Below, in pieces: positions 48,545-61,050 of a stretch of DNA of 64,000 nt. The stretch's first letter is position 1, and each line of letters begins with the position of its first letter. The notes beneath the pieces were generated by a model. It was not told the origin of the DNA, made no database searches, and saw only the letters and a list, made by a program, of their open reading frames with translations. This stretch comes from Octopus bimaculoides. Lineage: Eukaryota. Location: contig NC_068998.1 of NCBI RefSeq assembly GCF_001194135.2, forward strand, positions 33,829,295 to 33,893,294. The letters are read 5' to 3'. The translations under genes were made by a program, and so were the position numbers.

Positions 48545-51500
48545 TTATCTCTCAAGGCTCATTATCAAAATAAAATCTTTTATCAGACTTATTAATCTTA
48601 GCCAAGGTCTTATCTCTATCATTCAGTGTATCAACAAACACTTCTAGGCAGAGTTCTCCAGAAATTGTAAGAAATTATCAAAATTCGTACAACTGTACAA
48701 GAGTCGCTTTCACCAGAGTTGTGTCTAAGTAACTACAACAGCAATTACTTATACCACTGCTACTGCATAATTTCAGTCCCACACCACTACCACCACCTCA
48801 CAATTACTCATAGATTTGATACGGAGCTGGAGGGTTAATCAACAAAGCAAACTTTAATCACCAACACTATCACATTCTCTTAAACACAACTGCTTACAAC
48901 AGTCAACACATATCTAAAACCATTCATACATACATTACTTGAAAACATGGAGTTCATTTTCCAGCTGCTGCCTTCCTTTTCCTAAGGGGAGCAACTCAAT
49001 ATCAACAACTGTTTTCTCCGGTTTTAAATTAATATGATAATGCTAACATCTTGGGGTTTTCCAAAACTTCAAATTCCAATATTCACTGGTTTAATATGTC
49101 TCTCAAAATCTCAGAGGAAGTACTTGCTTTTGTTTATCTGAAATTTGCTCATGAATTCTGATCCATACTATCTTAACAGTTTTGTTACTTATCATTTATG
49201 TATGTAAACTTGAAGATAATCATTACTAACAATATTAGATGAATTCAAGGTCCTCTATAAGTGATGAGTTGTTAGTTTTGCAGAGCACTTCTGGCAATCT
49301 GAGTACTTGAAATAAATTTCTTGTGTCATAGAAACTATGACACTGGCTGAGCTGGGAACATGAGTCTTTGAAGCTAATATGTAGCGACATGATCCGAATG
49401 CTTTTGGGACATTTTGTCCTTGTTATTTTCAATGAATATAAAAAAAACTAACCTGTAAACATTTACTTTCCAAACTGGCATAACTGGCATCAAAACAACA
49501 GTTTATATTGAGATTTGAAGGTTTTTCCAAAACTGGAAAAGATATGGAGCCTTTCTTAGATTTCAATTTTGATAATACTCTATTAGCTTCAAACAGCATT
49601 CTTACTTAAATGTGTTTTTCAGTGTTGCTCATTCTGCAAACATCAAATAATACATAAGGATGAGTCTGTCTAAGACACCTACAACACTTGACCAATAAAT
49701 CTTTTGAATTCAAATTTATCTTTTCTCATCATTTTTCCAGAGTTACTTTCTGAAGTGTCATTGCCACCTTCATAATCACCAACATCTTTCTGATCCAAGA
49801 CATCAGTGTTTTTCCTTAACCTTATCGTTACCAACCCAGCTGCAACTGGCTCTGGCTCTGAGTACAAATGTCTTGTTTTCATAAGTTTTGAATTAAAATC
49901 TTTCACCAAACCTTAGTCACTATTTATGTTCCTAACACTAGCTGAATGATAACCAAGTTATTTTACTAAATTCTTTGTTATATTTAAAGGGTTTAATAGA
50001 TCTTCATAACCTTCATTCACTTCTGCTCTATCTTCAATATTCCTTTTAGGTTCTCTCATCACAATTTCCTTACTGTTCTTGTTCACCTTCATCATTAGAC
50101 ATGTGTGCATTTTATTAAATTCTTCTCCATGCCTAACTTATATAAACTGACCTTCACTGCCCAACACTTTATGAGAATCATACCATCTTTTGAAATACTG
50201 TCTTCTATAATAAGTCTGGTCACCAGCCACAAAATTTTTATCAGTATAACTCCTCCCTTTAGGCCACAATACTGTTCTGATTTTTTCATTAGTTTCAGCT
50301 TCCATGGAATTTTTTTCTTGCTTTATGAAGAGAATTTAAACTAATTATAATGATGTTACTAGTTGTTGTAGATCTGAAGGTAGGTAACTGGTTCACCAGA
50401 ACTGATAGTGTGTTAGCATTCAAGCTGAAAACAAGTTCATTTGTTCTACATTCTGAATTCTTAAGTGAAATTTTCCCAATTATAGCCCATGCCAAGGCTG
50501 TTTCTGGCTCACATCTCTCATCAAATATTTTTGGCATTATTTCTGCTACTATCAAGCTGTGTCACTCCACAGTTTCATTACTAAATGGATTGCATATGAC
50601 AGTAGTACAATGTAAATTTTCTCGTTCATTTACCTGCAATAATCATTGTTAAACTCACTCCCAATCTCACTTAAAATATGACCAAGGGTTCCAAAATATG
50701 ATATCCATATTAGAAATATCTTCCTAATGATCTCTTCCATTTTCTTTGTTTTAATCAATCTAGTAGCATAGTATCTAGTAACAGCATCATTAAGATGCAG
50801 AACCCAAGACTTGTTTTGAATTTGTTCCTCTAGATCAAGACAAACTGTATCATTAAACTTATTCCTAAGCAGCAAAACTACCATTGGTGTCTCAGTGGTG
50901 AGAAATTCAGTAAGAGACACAAATTTTCTTAATGATTATAGACATTCATCTTTTCAGAAGTTTTTACTCTTCCAAACTAAGGACAACAGTTTTTCCCTTG
51001 GAAGGCAGTTTGGATGGTTATGTGTATACTGGTATGATGTTAGGCTGTGTGCTGTCCCATAATAAAATGAACTCAAACGTTGTTTAAATAATATTTAATT
51101 TTACAGGAGTATATCACAATATTTACATAATTATGTAGTTGCTTTCTAGTAGTGTATGTGCTAAAAGTAGAGAGTAGTTTGTACATTAATAACAGAAATG
51201 TATATCTCAGCTTTGCAAAAGATGTAGGGAAAATACTTTGTTCTTCTTAGTTGACAATTCCTTTAACCGAGAGTTGAATTGCAGCCAAGGAACTTTGTTT
51301 TCTTAAGGACTTGTCTGCATCCACACACATGTGCATGCTGCACACATGGTGTCCTCAGCCACTTCTTTGCCTCTCTGCTTTTCTGCTTCTCTGACTGTGC
51401 TTGCCTGCATTGCCTTTTGTATAACCCCTTTCTACATGAGAACATCTGGAACATGATAAAACATTCTATAATACGGGGCAATATTTCCACAAGCTGATTG

Positions 51501-52090
51501 GTTGATATTCAGGGCATGTCCTCTGATTTAAGTGTGGTCTGATCATAGATACAAAAGATGGAAGATTTTGATTCTAGGCTTCACTACAGAAACATGAGAA
51601 AATTGTTGGTGAAGTCTTCCTCTACTTAGCTCTGGAAATCTATTTTAAATTTCTCAATGTTTGATTTTTAACAATTTTCTTTCAGTTTGTTACTTAAAGG
51701 AATACAATAGTGACCTGATGATGTGGGTTTTCGGCTTCACAGTTCTACTCTAAATCCAACAGCATTCATTTTAAAATTCCAGCATAATTTCCACCTGTTA
51801 TCATAGATCTATAGCATAAAAGGAGAGGCAAATCAGCCTTCACAATATCAGCTTCAATATAAGCCCTGACAACACAGATAATAACTCAAAATTTGACCAT
51901 CTAAGTAGACCTTATCTTCATTTCATTATCAAAATAAAATCATTTGTCTGACTTATTAATCTTAGCCAAGGTTTTGTCTCTGTCATTCAGTGTACCAACA
52001 AACACTTCTAGGCAGAGTTCTCCAGAAATTGTAAGAAACTATCAAAATTCGTACAACTGTATAAAGAGTCGCTTTTTACCAGAGTTGACA
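48545..52090 (-). mobile_element. Ty1/copia-order LTR retrotransposon remnant with two LTRs (about 48545-48722 and 51910-52090)
   Basis: Direct repeats of about 175 bp flank minus-strand relics in the order protease (ADIVKADLPLLL...SGHYCIP), integrase (VCLDL...WVLHL.DAVTRY...IWISYFG...SEFNN; PETALAWA), RT end (KRFIGQ) and RNase H (FDASYASL; WI.IHEQISD). Integrase lies before RT. Confidence 0.8.
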
Positions 52091-52905
52091 TCTGTGTATA
52101 TGACTCATTAATAAGATTACTTTAAAATGTTTCAACATAGAATAAAGCCTTATACACCTGATCAAATTCTACAGCTTTATTAACATGACTTAGCTGACAC
52201 TCTTTGGCAAAATATACAGTAGACTTAATTTTACCACTTGCTGCCTGTACGATTTGGCCTGATATAAGACTGTCACCTCTCTTTCTGTAACACTGACAGT
52301 TAACAATCTTTGGTTTATACTTCACAGCTGGCATAGCACACTCATTTCCAGCATTCTGCAAAAAGACATTTCTGATCAGGGAAAAGTATTACCTTACTTT
52401 GAATCAGGTGAGGGTTGTTGACAGGAAGAGTATCTAGCCTTTCAATAAAGCTGTATCCAACCAATGCAGACATGGAGAAGTGAGCATTAAAAACAATGAT
52501 GATGGTGCTACATACATCATATAAATATCAGCTTGTGTATGTGTGTGTGCGTGTGTGCGTGCGTGCATGTGTGTGTGTGTTTCATTCATGTATGTCAATG
52601 GAAAGTGTGAATATCTAGCTTACAAATTTTGATCATTTTCTGTGAGAAGGGGCAGTGCCAATAGCTTTTTTTTATATCTTCCTAGATAAGATTAATATGA
52701 GTGTTGCTCAATTAAAATTATATTTTTGTGGTTGGAGGCAAAACATGTTTATTTTACAGAAAAAAAAAAAAAAAATAGCAGTTTAGATGTAAGCTGCAGA
52801 GGAACCACGAAAAAAATTTGTTGAATAATGTAATTCCAGTTCCAGTAACATAACAGAAATTTAACAAATTAGAGAGAGAGAGAGAGAGGGAGAGGGAGAG
52901 GGAGA

Positions 52906-52943
<38 letters not shown>

Positions 52944-53442
52944 GAACTAATGGAATATAAATTAATACAATCTGCCTTAGTTTAATCTTCATCTTAACTT
53001 GTTTTCAAAATAACTCTATTTTCAGAATAATTCAATCTAATAAATGAATATATTGTATAGATAAGATATAGTAAATTTCATCTGATATCTGATTGATTTG
53101 TTTAGAAAAGAGACACAAAAGTTCTGATAGAACTCAGTGAAACATCCAACAACCTCATTTCAGACAGATTAGTTTCAACTGATTTCCTTATGAAATAATA
53201 GAAAAATAATTTGTAAGTTGAGAAAACTAACTGAGGAAGAAACATGTCTTGCACGTATTTTCTTTTTTGTTTTGTTGTTCTTGTCTTTGAGGGCATATCA
53301 AATTGAATAGCATTGAAACTTGAAATCTCAATAAACAAGATTTCTCCAGGTGAAATACTGTTGGAACATGTTGTAAATTTTAATGACAATAAGTTTTACA
53401 AGGTAACATATCATCAACATACACACACACTCTCTCTCTCTC

Positions 53443-53473
<31 letters not shown>

Positions 53474-53726
53474 AAGTTTCAGTTGATTTATAAACATCAT
53501 TTTCTCTCTCAATAATTGAAACCAGTTTTATTTTATTAGGAAGTTTGGAATTGAAATCTGAAAATAATTAATGTAGTTTTTAAATAAAAGCTTGAATAAT
53601 GTTTTACTTTCTCAGTTATGTCATTTTCTGAATGTTTTAATTACCAAAACAAGTCTGATGTACTTGAAGTTGATAGATTCTTAGTTGAATCAGAAATTAT
53701 TGAAGAAAAGAAAGAAATAGTGTGTG

Positions 53727-53768
<42 letters not shown>

Positions 53769-55742
53769 CGTGCGTGCGTGCATGCATGCACATGTGTCAA
53801 CAAGGGAAAAAGGAAGAGAAAGTGAAATTGTTTCCAAATTACTGTGTTGATTGAGTAAAATATTGAATGAATTAAAGAAAAAGTATCCTTGAATAGAATA
53901 AGATTTTGAAACTACAAAAGTCTAAATTTTTCAAATCAACATTATTATTTACTTGAGTGAAATGTTTCTTAAGGGTATCAAATATATTTTGCATGGCTTT
54001 CTGAGTTAATAGGATATCAGGCAACCATCTTAAAAGGTAGCGGATTATAATTTAACATAGACATTGTTTTGTATGTAAGAAGTACACTTAACCATGAGGT
54101 TCTGAGATCAGTCTTATTGCATGGTACTGTTTGTATTATAGCTTAAGATTAACTAAATCTATGAAAGGGAATTTGATACTCTCATTTGTTTGTATAGATG
54201 TACACTCATTGGTTGCCAGCTCTGACCTGCTACTGATCACACAGATGGCATGGTGGTAGTATTTGGGAGAATGTGATGTTGATCTTAAAGGTAAAGGTAG
54301 TAGTGAGAGTGATTGAAGTTTATGTTAATTTTGTTTTTCTTTTTTAGCCTTGTTGTAGCATTGGTGGTGATTGAGGTCTTTGTTGTTGTTTAGCCTCATT
54401 TCAGCCAAAATTAGGGTGGTGATGATGGAGGTAGTGGTGGGTAGTTGTTATTTAGCCCAAGATCAGCCTTGAATGATCAAATAAAAGATCAAAAGTGTTC
54501 ATGCCATGACCAGCTAATCTTTTAGACATAGTGAATCCAGCACCATGTTAACTAATGTATGCTTTTAAAAGTTGGCAAGGTCTGATTTAAGGGAGATTCA
54601 GTTGCTATTTTTACATAATAAGGGAGCATGCACAAGGTCCCTTGTTGGTTCATTGGTTGTTGTTTAATCCCGTCAGACCTATTCCAGCTGTGTGCAGGGA
54701 ACCCAGTTATTATGAATGATTGAGTCAGTGCAGTAGTTGCAGTTGCTGTATTCTGTGACAGTGTCATGGCAACAGTGATTCTTTTTAATGTAGAAGTAAT
54801 GGTAGTAGATAACTCACATAATAAATCTGGTTGGTAGTGGTTGCTCAGATTCTGCTATGATGTAGTGTAGCTCAAGAGAAAATTGCATAAAGCCACAACA
54901 GAAAATTAATTAAATGTGATTTAATCTCATGCATTTGAAAAGTAAGATTATCTTGTCACCTAACTCCAAATCAATTGAGATATGCACATATACATACATA
55001 TACACGTATATTACCATATATATATATATATATAGAATATAGAATATATGTATATAATCAAATATGTATTATAATATAGAATATATATATATATATATAA
55101 TATAGAATATATGTGTTATAATCAAATATGTACATGCACACACACACACACACATACACAGTTTTTGTTAACTAGTGCCCATTAATTTATGCATAGTTAC
55201 ATATAGACTATATGATTTACAGTCACATGTAGCTTTTAAAATTGTGCATAATTACATACACACCAAAGTGTACTAAATGGAAGCATTTTGAAAAATGTGC
55301 TTGTCTTCAGATGAATCAATTCAAGTAATATGAAGTACCACCGAAACAAGCTTTCTATCAAAGATTGGTTTTCTCAAGAACTGTATGCATTCGTTTGGAC
55401 AATTTTTTTCTCTGTTTTCACTGTAAGGAGTTTTCCACGTATCTCTGCACATAGACTTTAACCTCTCATATTCTTTCTTTATTGTTAAAAAAGTTGTTAT
55501 GATGTATATTGTCTCCTTTATCCAGTATGAAAAGGTTTTAGGAATAAATGTCCCTAACAGGCCTACAAGATCAAGTCTATGCTTTAACCCAGCTCGCATG
55601 ACAAATAAGGTTAACACCCTGTTAGTCTAAAAAAAGGAGAGTAGATAGTGGTCTATAAGAGGCAACATATAGTCCATAAAGTTGTGTATATTTATATATA
55701 GCCTATGAAGTTGCGTATAGATTAAAATATTCTATAATGTTA

Positions 55743-56120
55743 GCAAGTCGTGGTTGTGCAGTAATGGGTTTGCTTTCCAACAGCAGAATTCTCAGTTCAG
55801 GCCTACCACTGCATGGCACCTTGGTTATGTGTTTTCTACTATAGCTCCAGGTTAACCAATTCATTGCGAGTGGATTTAGTAGACTGTAAAGTTGTTGGCA
55901 TTTCAAAGGGCATCCAGCTGTAAAAAAACATGCCAAAACTAACCTTGCCTGTGCTAATGCTACATAAAAAGCACTGAGTCCACTCTGCAGAGTGGTTGGT
56001 ATTAGGAAGGGCATCCAACCGTAAAAATCCTACTGAAACAGAGTAGCAAAGGGTAGCTTTTCTACCTAGCCAGCTCCTGTGAACTGTTCTACCCATGTAT
56101 GCATGGAAGATGGGCGTTAC

Positions 56121-56158
<38 letters not shown>

Positions 56159-56175
56159 AGTGATGATGATGATGA
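55743..56175 (+). mobile_element. SINE with OR/RK-like tRNA head and RTE-type tail
   Basis: Head ...CAGTTCAGGCCTACCACTGCATGGCACCTTGG joined to GAGTGGTTGGTATTAGGAAGGGCATCC...GGGCGTTACATGATGATG and long (TGA)n. Confidence 0.7.
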
Positions 56176-56177
56176 TG

Positions 56178-56248
<71 letters not shown>

Positions 56249-56289
56249 AGAAGAGAAAAAAGGGATTAAGAAATCCAGGCAGATATCAA

Positions 56290-56580
56290 TACAGCACTCA
56301 GTTTTAAATGAATTTGGTTCACTATATCCAACAATCTGACACCAATAAAAGCAAGTCGAATACTCATACAAGTTAATTTCTCGTGTATGACAAGAAGATC
56401 CAAATATAATTTAGAAGACTTTCAAATAGAGATAGAGAAAAATTACATCTTTAATTGTTTAACTCACCATACAATATCAACGATTGCTTCTGTTGTATCA
56501 GCATTTTTAGATACAGAAAATATCATTCAAATGAATATATCCCAAAACACATGTTAACATAACGATTTCAAGGCAATCCA
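56290..56580 (+). repeat. Second copy of the unclassified repeat at 20150-20460
   Basis: GCACTCAGTTTTAAATGAATTTGGTTCACTATATCCAACAATCTGACACCAAT... aligns to 20154 onward. Confidence 0.8.
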
Positions 56581-57730
56581 AAACTAGTTAAATTCAAAGT
56601 GAATTAAGAAAATGTCTCTAGTGTATGAATACATACAAAAAGAACGTTAAGAAGAAATATAATATTCTAAGAAAAGCCTTTTTAATATTCAATTTTTGGT
56701 GATCTCAGTGGATAATGAAAGAATAAAAAATAAACACCTGAATTCTACATTACAACAATTACAAGCATAGAAATTCCTACGTCATGACAATTAGTTTACA
56801 TGAAAAGCAATTATACTTAAGAATTGAAATATTTAAACACATTCCTAAATTTGTGACAACATTTCATTATAAAATTACTATTATTATTTAATACTAATAA
56901 AAAAGTAATTATATGATACATTTCTTCAAGGCAAAGATCACATTTAGAATTGTCAATATTGTACGATGGTGTAACTAATAATGGATCACTTTAAGTCATA
57001 CTTAACGTTCCTAGCTTTTAAATTCCAAGTGCATTTACTAAGATTTGTAGAATTACTTTTCTTCTGTATTTAAATGAATGAGAATGATTATGAAATCTAG
57101 ATTTCCAAATTGTAGCAAATGAACAAGGGATCATAATACTTATGATTCCTTGTTATTACCTTACATTGATATACTATATCTTTCCTTAACCATCGATTGT
57201 CTAAAAGAAACAGACAATTTCTTCATTTGTATTTATTACTCCTGATTAAAAGAATTCCTACTAGTCCTCCTTTCAGAGTTAGGTGTCAAGGCAGGGTTAT
57301 TATTAGTATTAAAATTAATATTAAAACTAAGGTTTAACCCAACTGCATTACCATAGTTGGGAATTACTTTTACTTAAAGAATTGAAATCCAGTTCAGGAA
57401 AATTATCACTGGAGTTAATTTCATACTACACACTATCGATTCTACACTTCTTTATAGATTTTGAGTTGAGATATTTCCTAATTTTCTGTTTGTTATGTGC
57501 TGCAATAATTGCAACCAAATTTCTAGTGGCTGAATACGAAAATTTTATACTATGGCAATTAAATAATTTCCCATACTTACTTGAAGGTGGGAAATATTTA
57601 CCTAATGCAGCAAAGAATTGTTGTGGAATATTGATAGCTATTGAGTATATGAGTGGTACATTATACCAGATAATTTTCCTTGACATATTCTTTATATTAT
57701 TTAAGACTCCTCATTATTTCTATTATATAT

Positions 57731-57886
57731 AGGCACAGGTGTGGCTGTGTAAGAAGCTTGCTTCCTAACCACATGGTTTTGGGTTCAGTCCCACTGCATG
57801 GCACCTTGGGTAAGTGTCTTCTACTATAGCCGTGGGTCAACCAAAGAATTGTAAGTGGATTTGGTAAATGGAAACTGAAAGAAGCC

Positions 57887-57929
<43 letters not shown>

Positions 57930-57955
57930 TGTGTGTCTGTGTTTGTTTCCCCACC
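57731..57955 (+). mobile_element. SINE 5' head plus linker (OR/RK-like)
   Basis: AGGCACAGGTGTGGCTGTGTAAGAAG...GGTTCAGTCCCACTG...GAAAGAAGCC, then (TA)n. Confidence 0.85.
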
Positions 57956-58020
57956 ATGTATATATATGTATATGTATATATTTATATGCATATACATACA
58001 TATATATATATATATGTTAT

Positions 58021-58134
58021 AAAATTCGTGGGTAAGGCTGGAACAATGTAAAATAATTCCAAGGTAAATCACAATAATTCTTATGATTTATCTTGGATTT
58101 ATTTTGCCTTGTTCCAACCTTACCCACAGATTTT
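58021..58134. repeat. Short foldback, 51-bp arms with 12-nt loop
   Basis: GTGGGTAAGGCTGGAACAA...CCAAGGTAAATCA / TGATTTATCTTGG...TTGTTCCAACCTTACCCAC. Confidence 0.85.
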
Positions 58135-58183
58135 ATATACTATATTCTACGCAATGCTTCATACTAATTATTCTATTATATAT

Positions 58184-59415
58184 ATATTATCCGAATTTTA
58201 TAGTATTAAGTATCCATCACAGCTGGTCTTACCAATTGGTTTCTTGCAAAAAATACAATTGACTGTTAGGCAAGAAAACAATTATATAAATATGATCATC
58301 CAAGGTAGCTGACATGGAAGAGCATATGTTGATTCCTCTCTACATTCTGGAGGTGGATTAGCACAACTGTACGGTGTTTGCTGTAAGAAAGTGGTGGAAT
58401 GTAAAAAGGACCTGGGGATTTGCTCAAAGTTATGTCCCTTGGTTAGGTATGTTGTGGAGTCCACTAAGGTCATCATTGGAGTGGGGAAAGTTTGTATCAA
58501 TAATATGGTTACTCTGTGGGGATGAGGTATGTGGTGTGTGGTATATATATATATATATATATATATGTGTATATATATATATATATATAAGCTTTTTCTG
58601 GGGGTGTAGATATATCTAGCATTGTATTCTTTATTCTGTTTTCTTTCTGTAAAGGATAATGTTGTGGGATTTTTATATTAGTGTGCAGCATGTAATGTAT
58701 AACGTGTGTGTGTGGGAGGGTTATATTTGGGGGTATAATTTGTGTGAGAAGGTATGTGCTGCCTCGACCTTCTACAAACTACCTTCTACCAATGCCCTTG
58801 GACCCAGCATAAAGGACTTTACTATGACACAGATCAATGTACCATGTATACACCAGGATATACCCTCTCACACAAATTATAACCCCAAATATAACCCCCC
58901 ACACACACACACACATAATACATTATACATTACATTACATACCACATGCTAATATAAAAAACCCACAATGCTATTCTTTACAGAAAGAAAACAGAATAAA
59001 GAATACAGTGCTAGATATACCTACACCCCCAGAAAAATTTATACATATAACACTGCTACATGTACCATGCACCCTATTCCCACAGAATGACCACATTATT
59101 GATACGAACTTTCCCCACTCCAATGATGACTTTTGCTGGCTTCACAATATACCTAACCAAGGGAGATAACTACGAGCAGATCCCCCTGGTCCTTTTTTCA
59201 TTCTACCACCTTTTCACAACAGTAGCCGACCGGTCGTGCTATTCCACTTCTGGAATGTGGAGAGAAATCACCATATTCTCTTCCATGTTGGCTACCTCTG
59301 ATGAGAGTATTTATGCAATTGTTTTGTTGCCCAACACTCAATTGTATTTTTGACATGAACCCAATTGATAACACCAGCTGTGAGGATATTTAATACTATA
59401 AAATTCGGATAATAT
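58184..59415. repeat. Long inverted repeat (arms 58184-58755 and 58860-59415), probably PLE 3' end with inverted pLTR
   Basis: The arms align as reverse complements along about 560 bp. The spacer reads SIKDFTMTQI...YNPKYN, resembling a GIY-YIG C-terminus (weak). Confidence 0.85.
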
Positions 59416-59509
59416 GCCCACTGTACTAACAGCTATATGAGTGCATCTTCTCCCTGACTTATGATCTGTTAGATGATTCAAATAATTTACACACACACAC
59501 ACATATATA

Positions 59510-60773
59510 CAGGATGCAATAAGTAAATTGTCGCCATTTTATATTTTTAATTTTATGCATGCACATTGTTTGTCTTTCATTTTGTCAACTACACAGAACA
59601 ATAGAGTCAGTTGAGCATCATCTATGAGGAAAACAGCAGCATGACACAATTCACTCAGCCAGAAATTTGGAAACAACATGCTGTGCTGCTTTGCATTTGC
59701 ACTGGACACTCCAATATGAACATTTCAGAGTGTTTGGCTGTCAATCTGAGGACAGTGCAGAGGATTCGGAAAGAGTTGGTAGAGTCTCATGGTGATTACA
59801 AAGGTACGGAAGCTGGGAAAACTTACTTTGATCATTCTGATAAGAAAAGAACTCCCGAATTTGTTGGTGAGATCCAGGTCATGATTGACAACGATCCCTC
59901 CAAGTCAATCAGGTCCATTGCCAAGGACATGTGAGTGTCTGAGTCCCTTATCATACAGTTAGTTCATAAAGACATTCAGTATTCCTCATACAAGATGAGA
60001 AAGGGTCAATTTTGTTTCAAGGACAAGAGGAAAGACTGTGCTATTAAGCTTTTGAACAAACTCCCTCCAACGGAACATTCTTTGGTTTTTCTCATGAGAA
60101 AAGTTTCTGCCAGAATCAGATGGTGAGCATACAGAACAATCGTTGGTTTGCTGTGTCCCCAAAACATGTACGAAGAGTGATAAAGATCAAACATCCACTC
60201 AACATCATGGTGTTTGGAGTGATCACTAGTGATAGCGACGTTATGCTTCCATTCATCTTCCCACATGGCCTCAGACTCAACATGGAGGCCTACATCAAGT
60301 GCCTGGAAGAGGTAGTGCTTCGCTGGGTCAAGAGGGTGGCTGCTGGAAGACTCTAAATCAGGCAACAGGACTCCATACCATGTCACACCAGCAGAACACA
60401 TTCATGGCTGTCAGACAATTTCTGTGACCACATCACCCATAACATCTGGCCACGTGGCTCCCCAGACTGCAGCCTGCTTGATTATTGATAAATGAGTGAG
60501 AGATCAATAAAATTCCTTGGAACACCAAAGATGAGCTGAAGGCAAGGATTATGGCAGTATTCACCAACTTAAAGAAGGAGACTGTCCAGAAGAGTTGCAA
60601 ATTCTGAAGTCATCTGGAGGCCGTAGTAGAACCGATGGCGATTTTATTGAATAAATTTAGTCTTTAGTATTCCAGAATATTTTTATGTAATTTTGGTAAA
60701 TATATATTTTAAAATGAGATGTCAGTGTAATTTTCATTTTTATGAAAATTTAGTTAACAATTTATTCACCATA
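59510..60773 (+). mobile_element. Tc1/mariner transposon, DD37D (maT)-like, near full length, pseudogenised
   Basis: TA followed by CAGGATGCAATAAGTAAATTGT. MTQFTQPEIWKQHAV..., VMVFGVITSD, QQDSIPCH...WPRGSPDCSLLDY (D-36-D here, apparently one codon short of D37D). Confidence 0.9.
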
Positions 60774-60819
60774 TATATATAGATATATGTGTGTGTGTGT
60801 GTGTGTGTGTATATATCTG

Positions 60820-61050
60820 TGTATATGTCTTTGTGTTAGTGTTTGTCCCACGTCACTGCTTGACAACCAGTGGTGGTTTTTTTCACATCTTGTCACTTAG
60901 CAGTTCACAAAAGTGACCAATAGAATAAGTCTGAAGCTTTAAAAAATGTAATAACTACTGGAGTAGATTTATTTGACTAAAGCCCTTCAAGGTAGTGCCC
61001 CAGCACACCTGAAGTCCAGAGGTTGAAGCAAATAAAAGATATAAAGTAAA
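60820..61050 (+). mobile_element. SINE 3' half (OR/RK-like, diverged)
   Basis: CTGCTTGACAACCAG...CACTTAGCAGTTC...AATAGAATAAG...GAAGCAAATAAAAGAT. Confidence 0.7.

Noticed and set aside
53100-53720. Protein-looking plus-strand frames (LKLEISINKISPGEILLEH; MSFSECF...EIIEEKKEI)
   Set aside because: Interrupted by stops and microsatellites, no homology recognised, and donor/acceptor pairs are not consistent.
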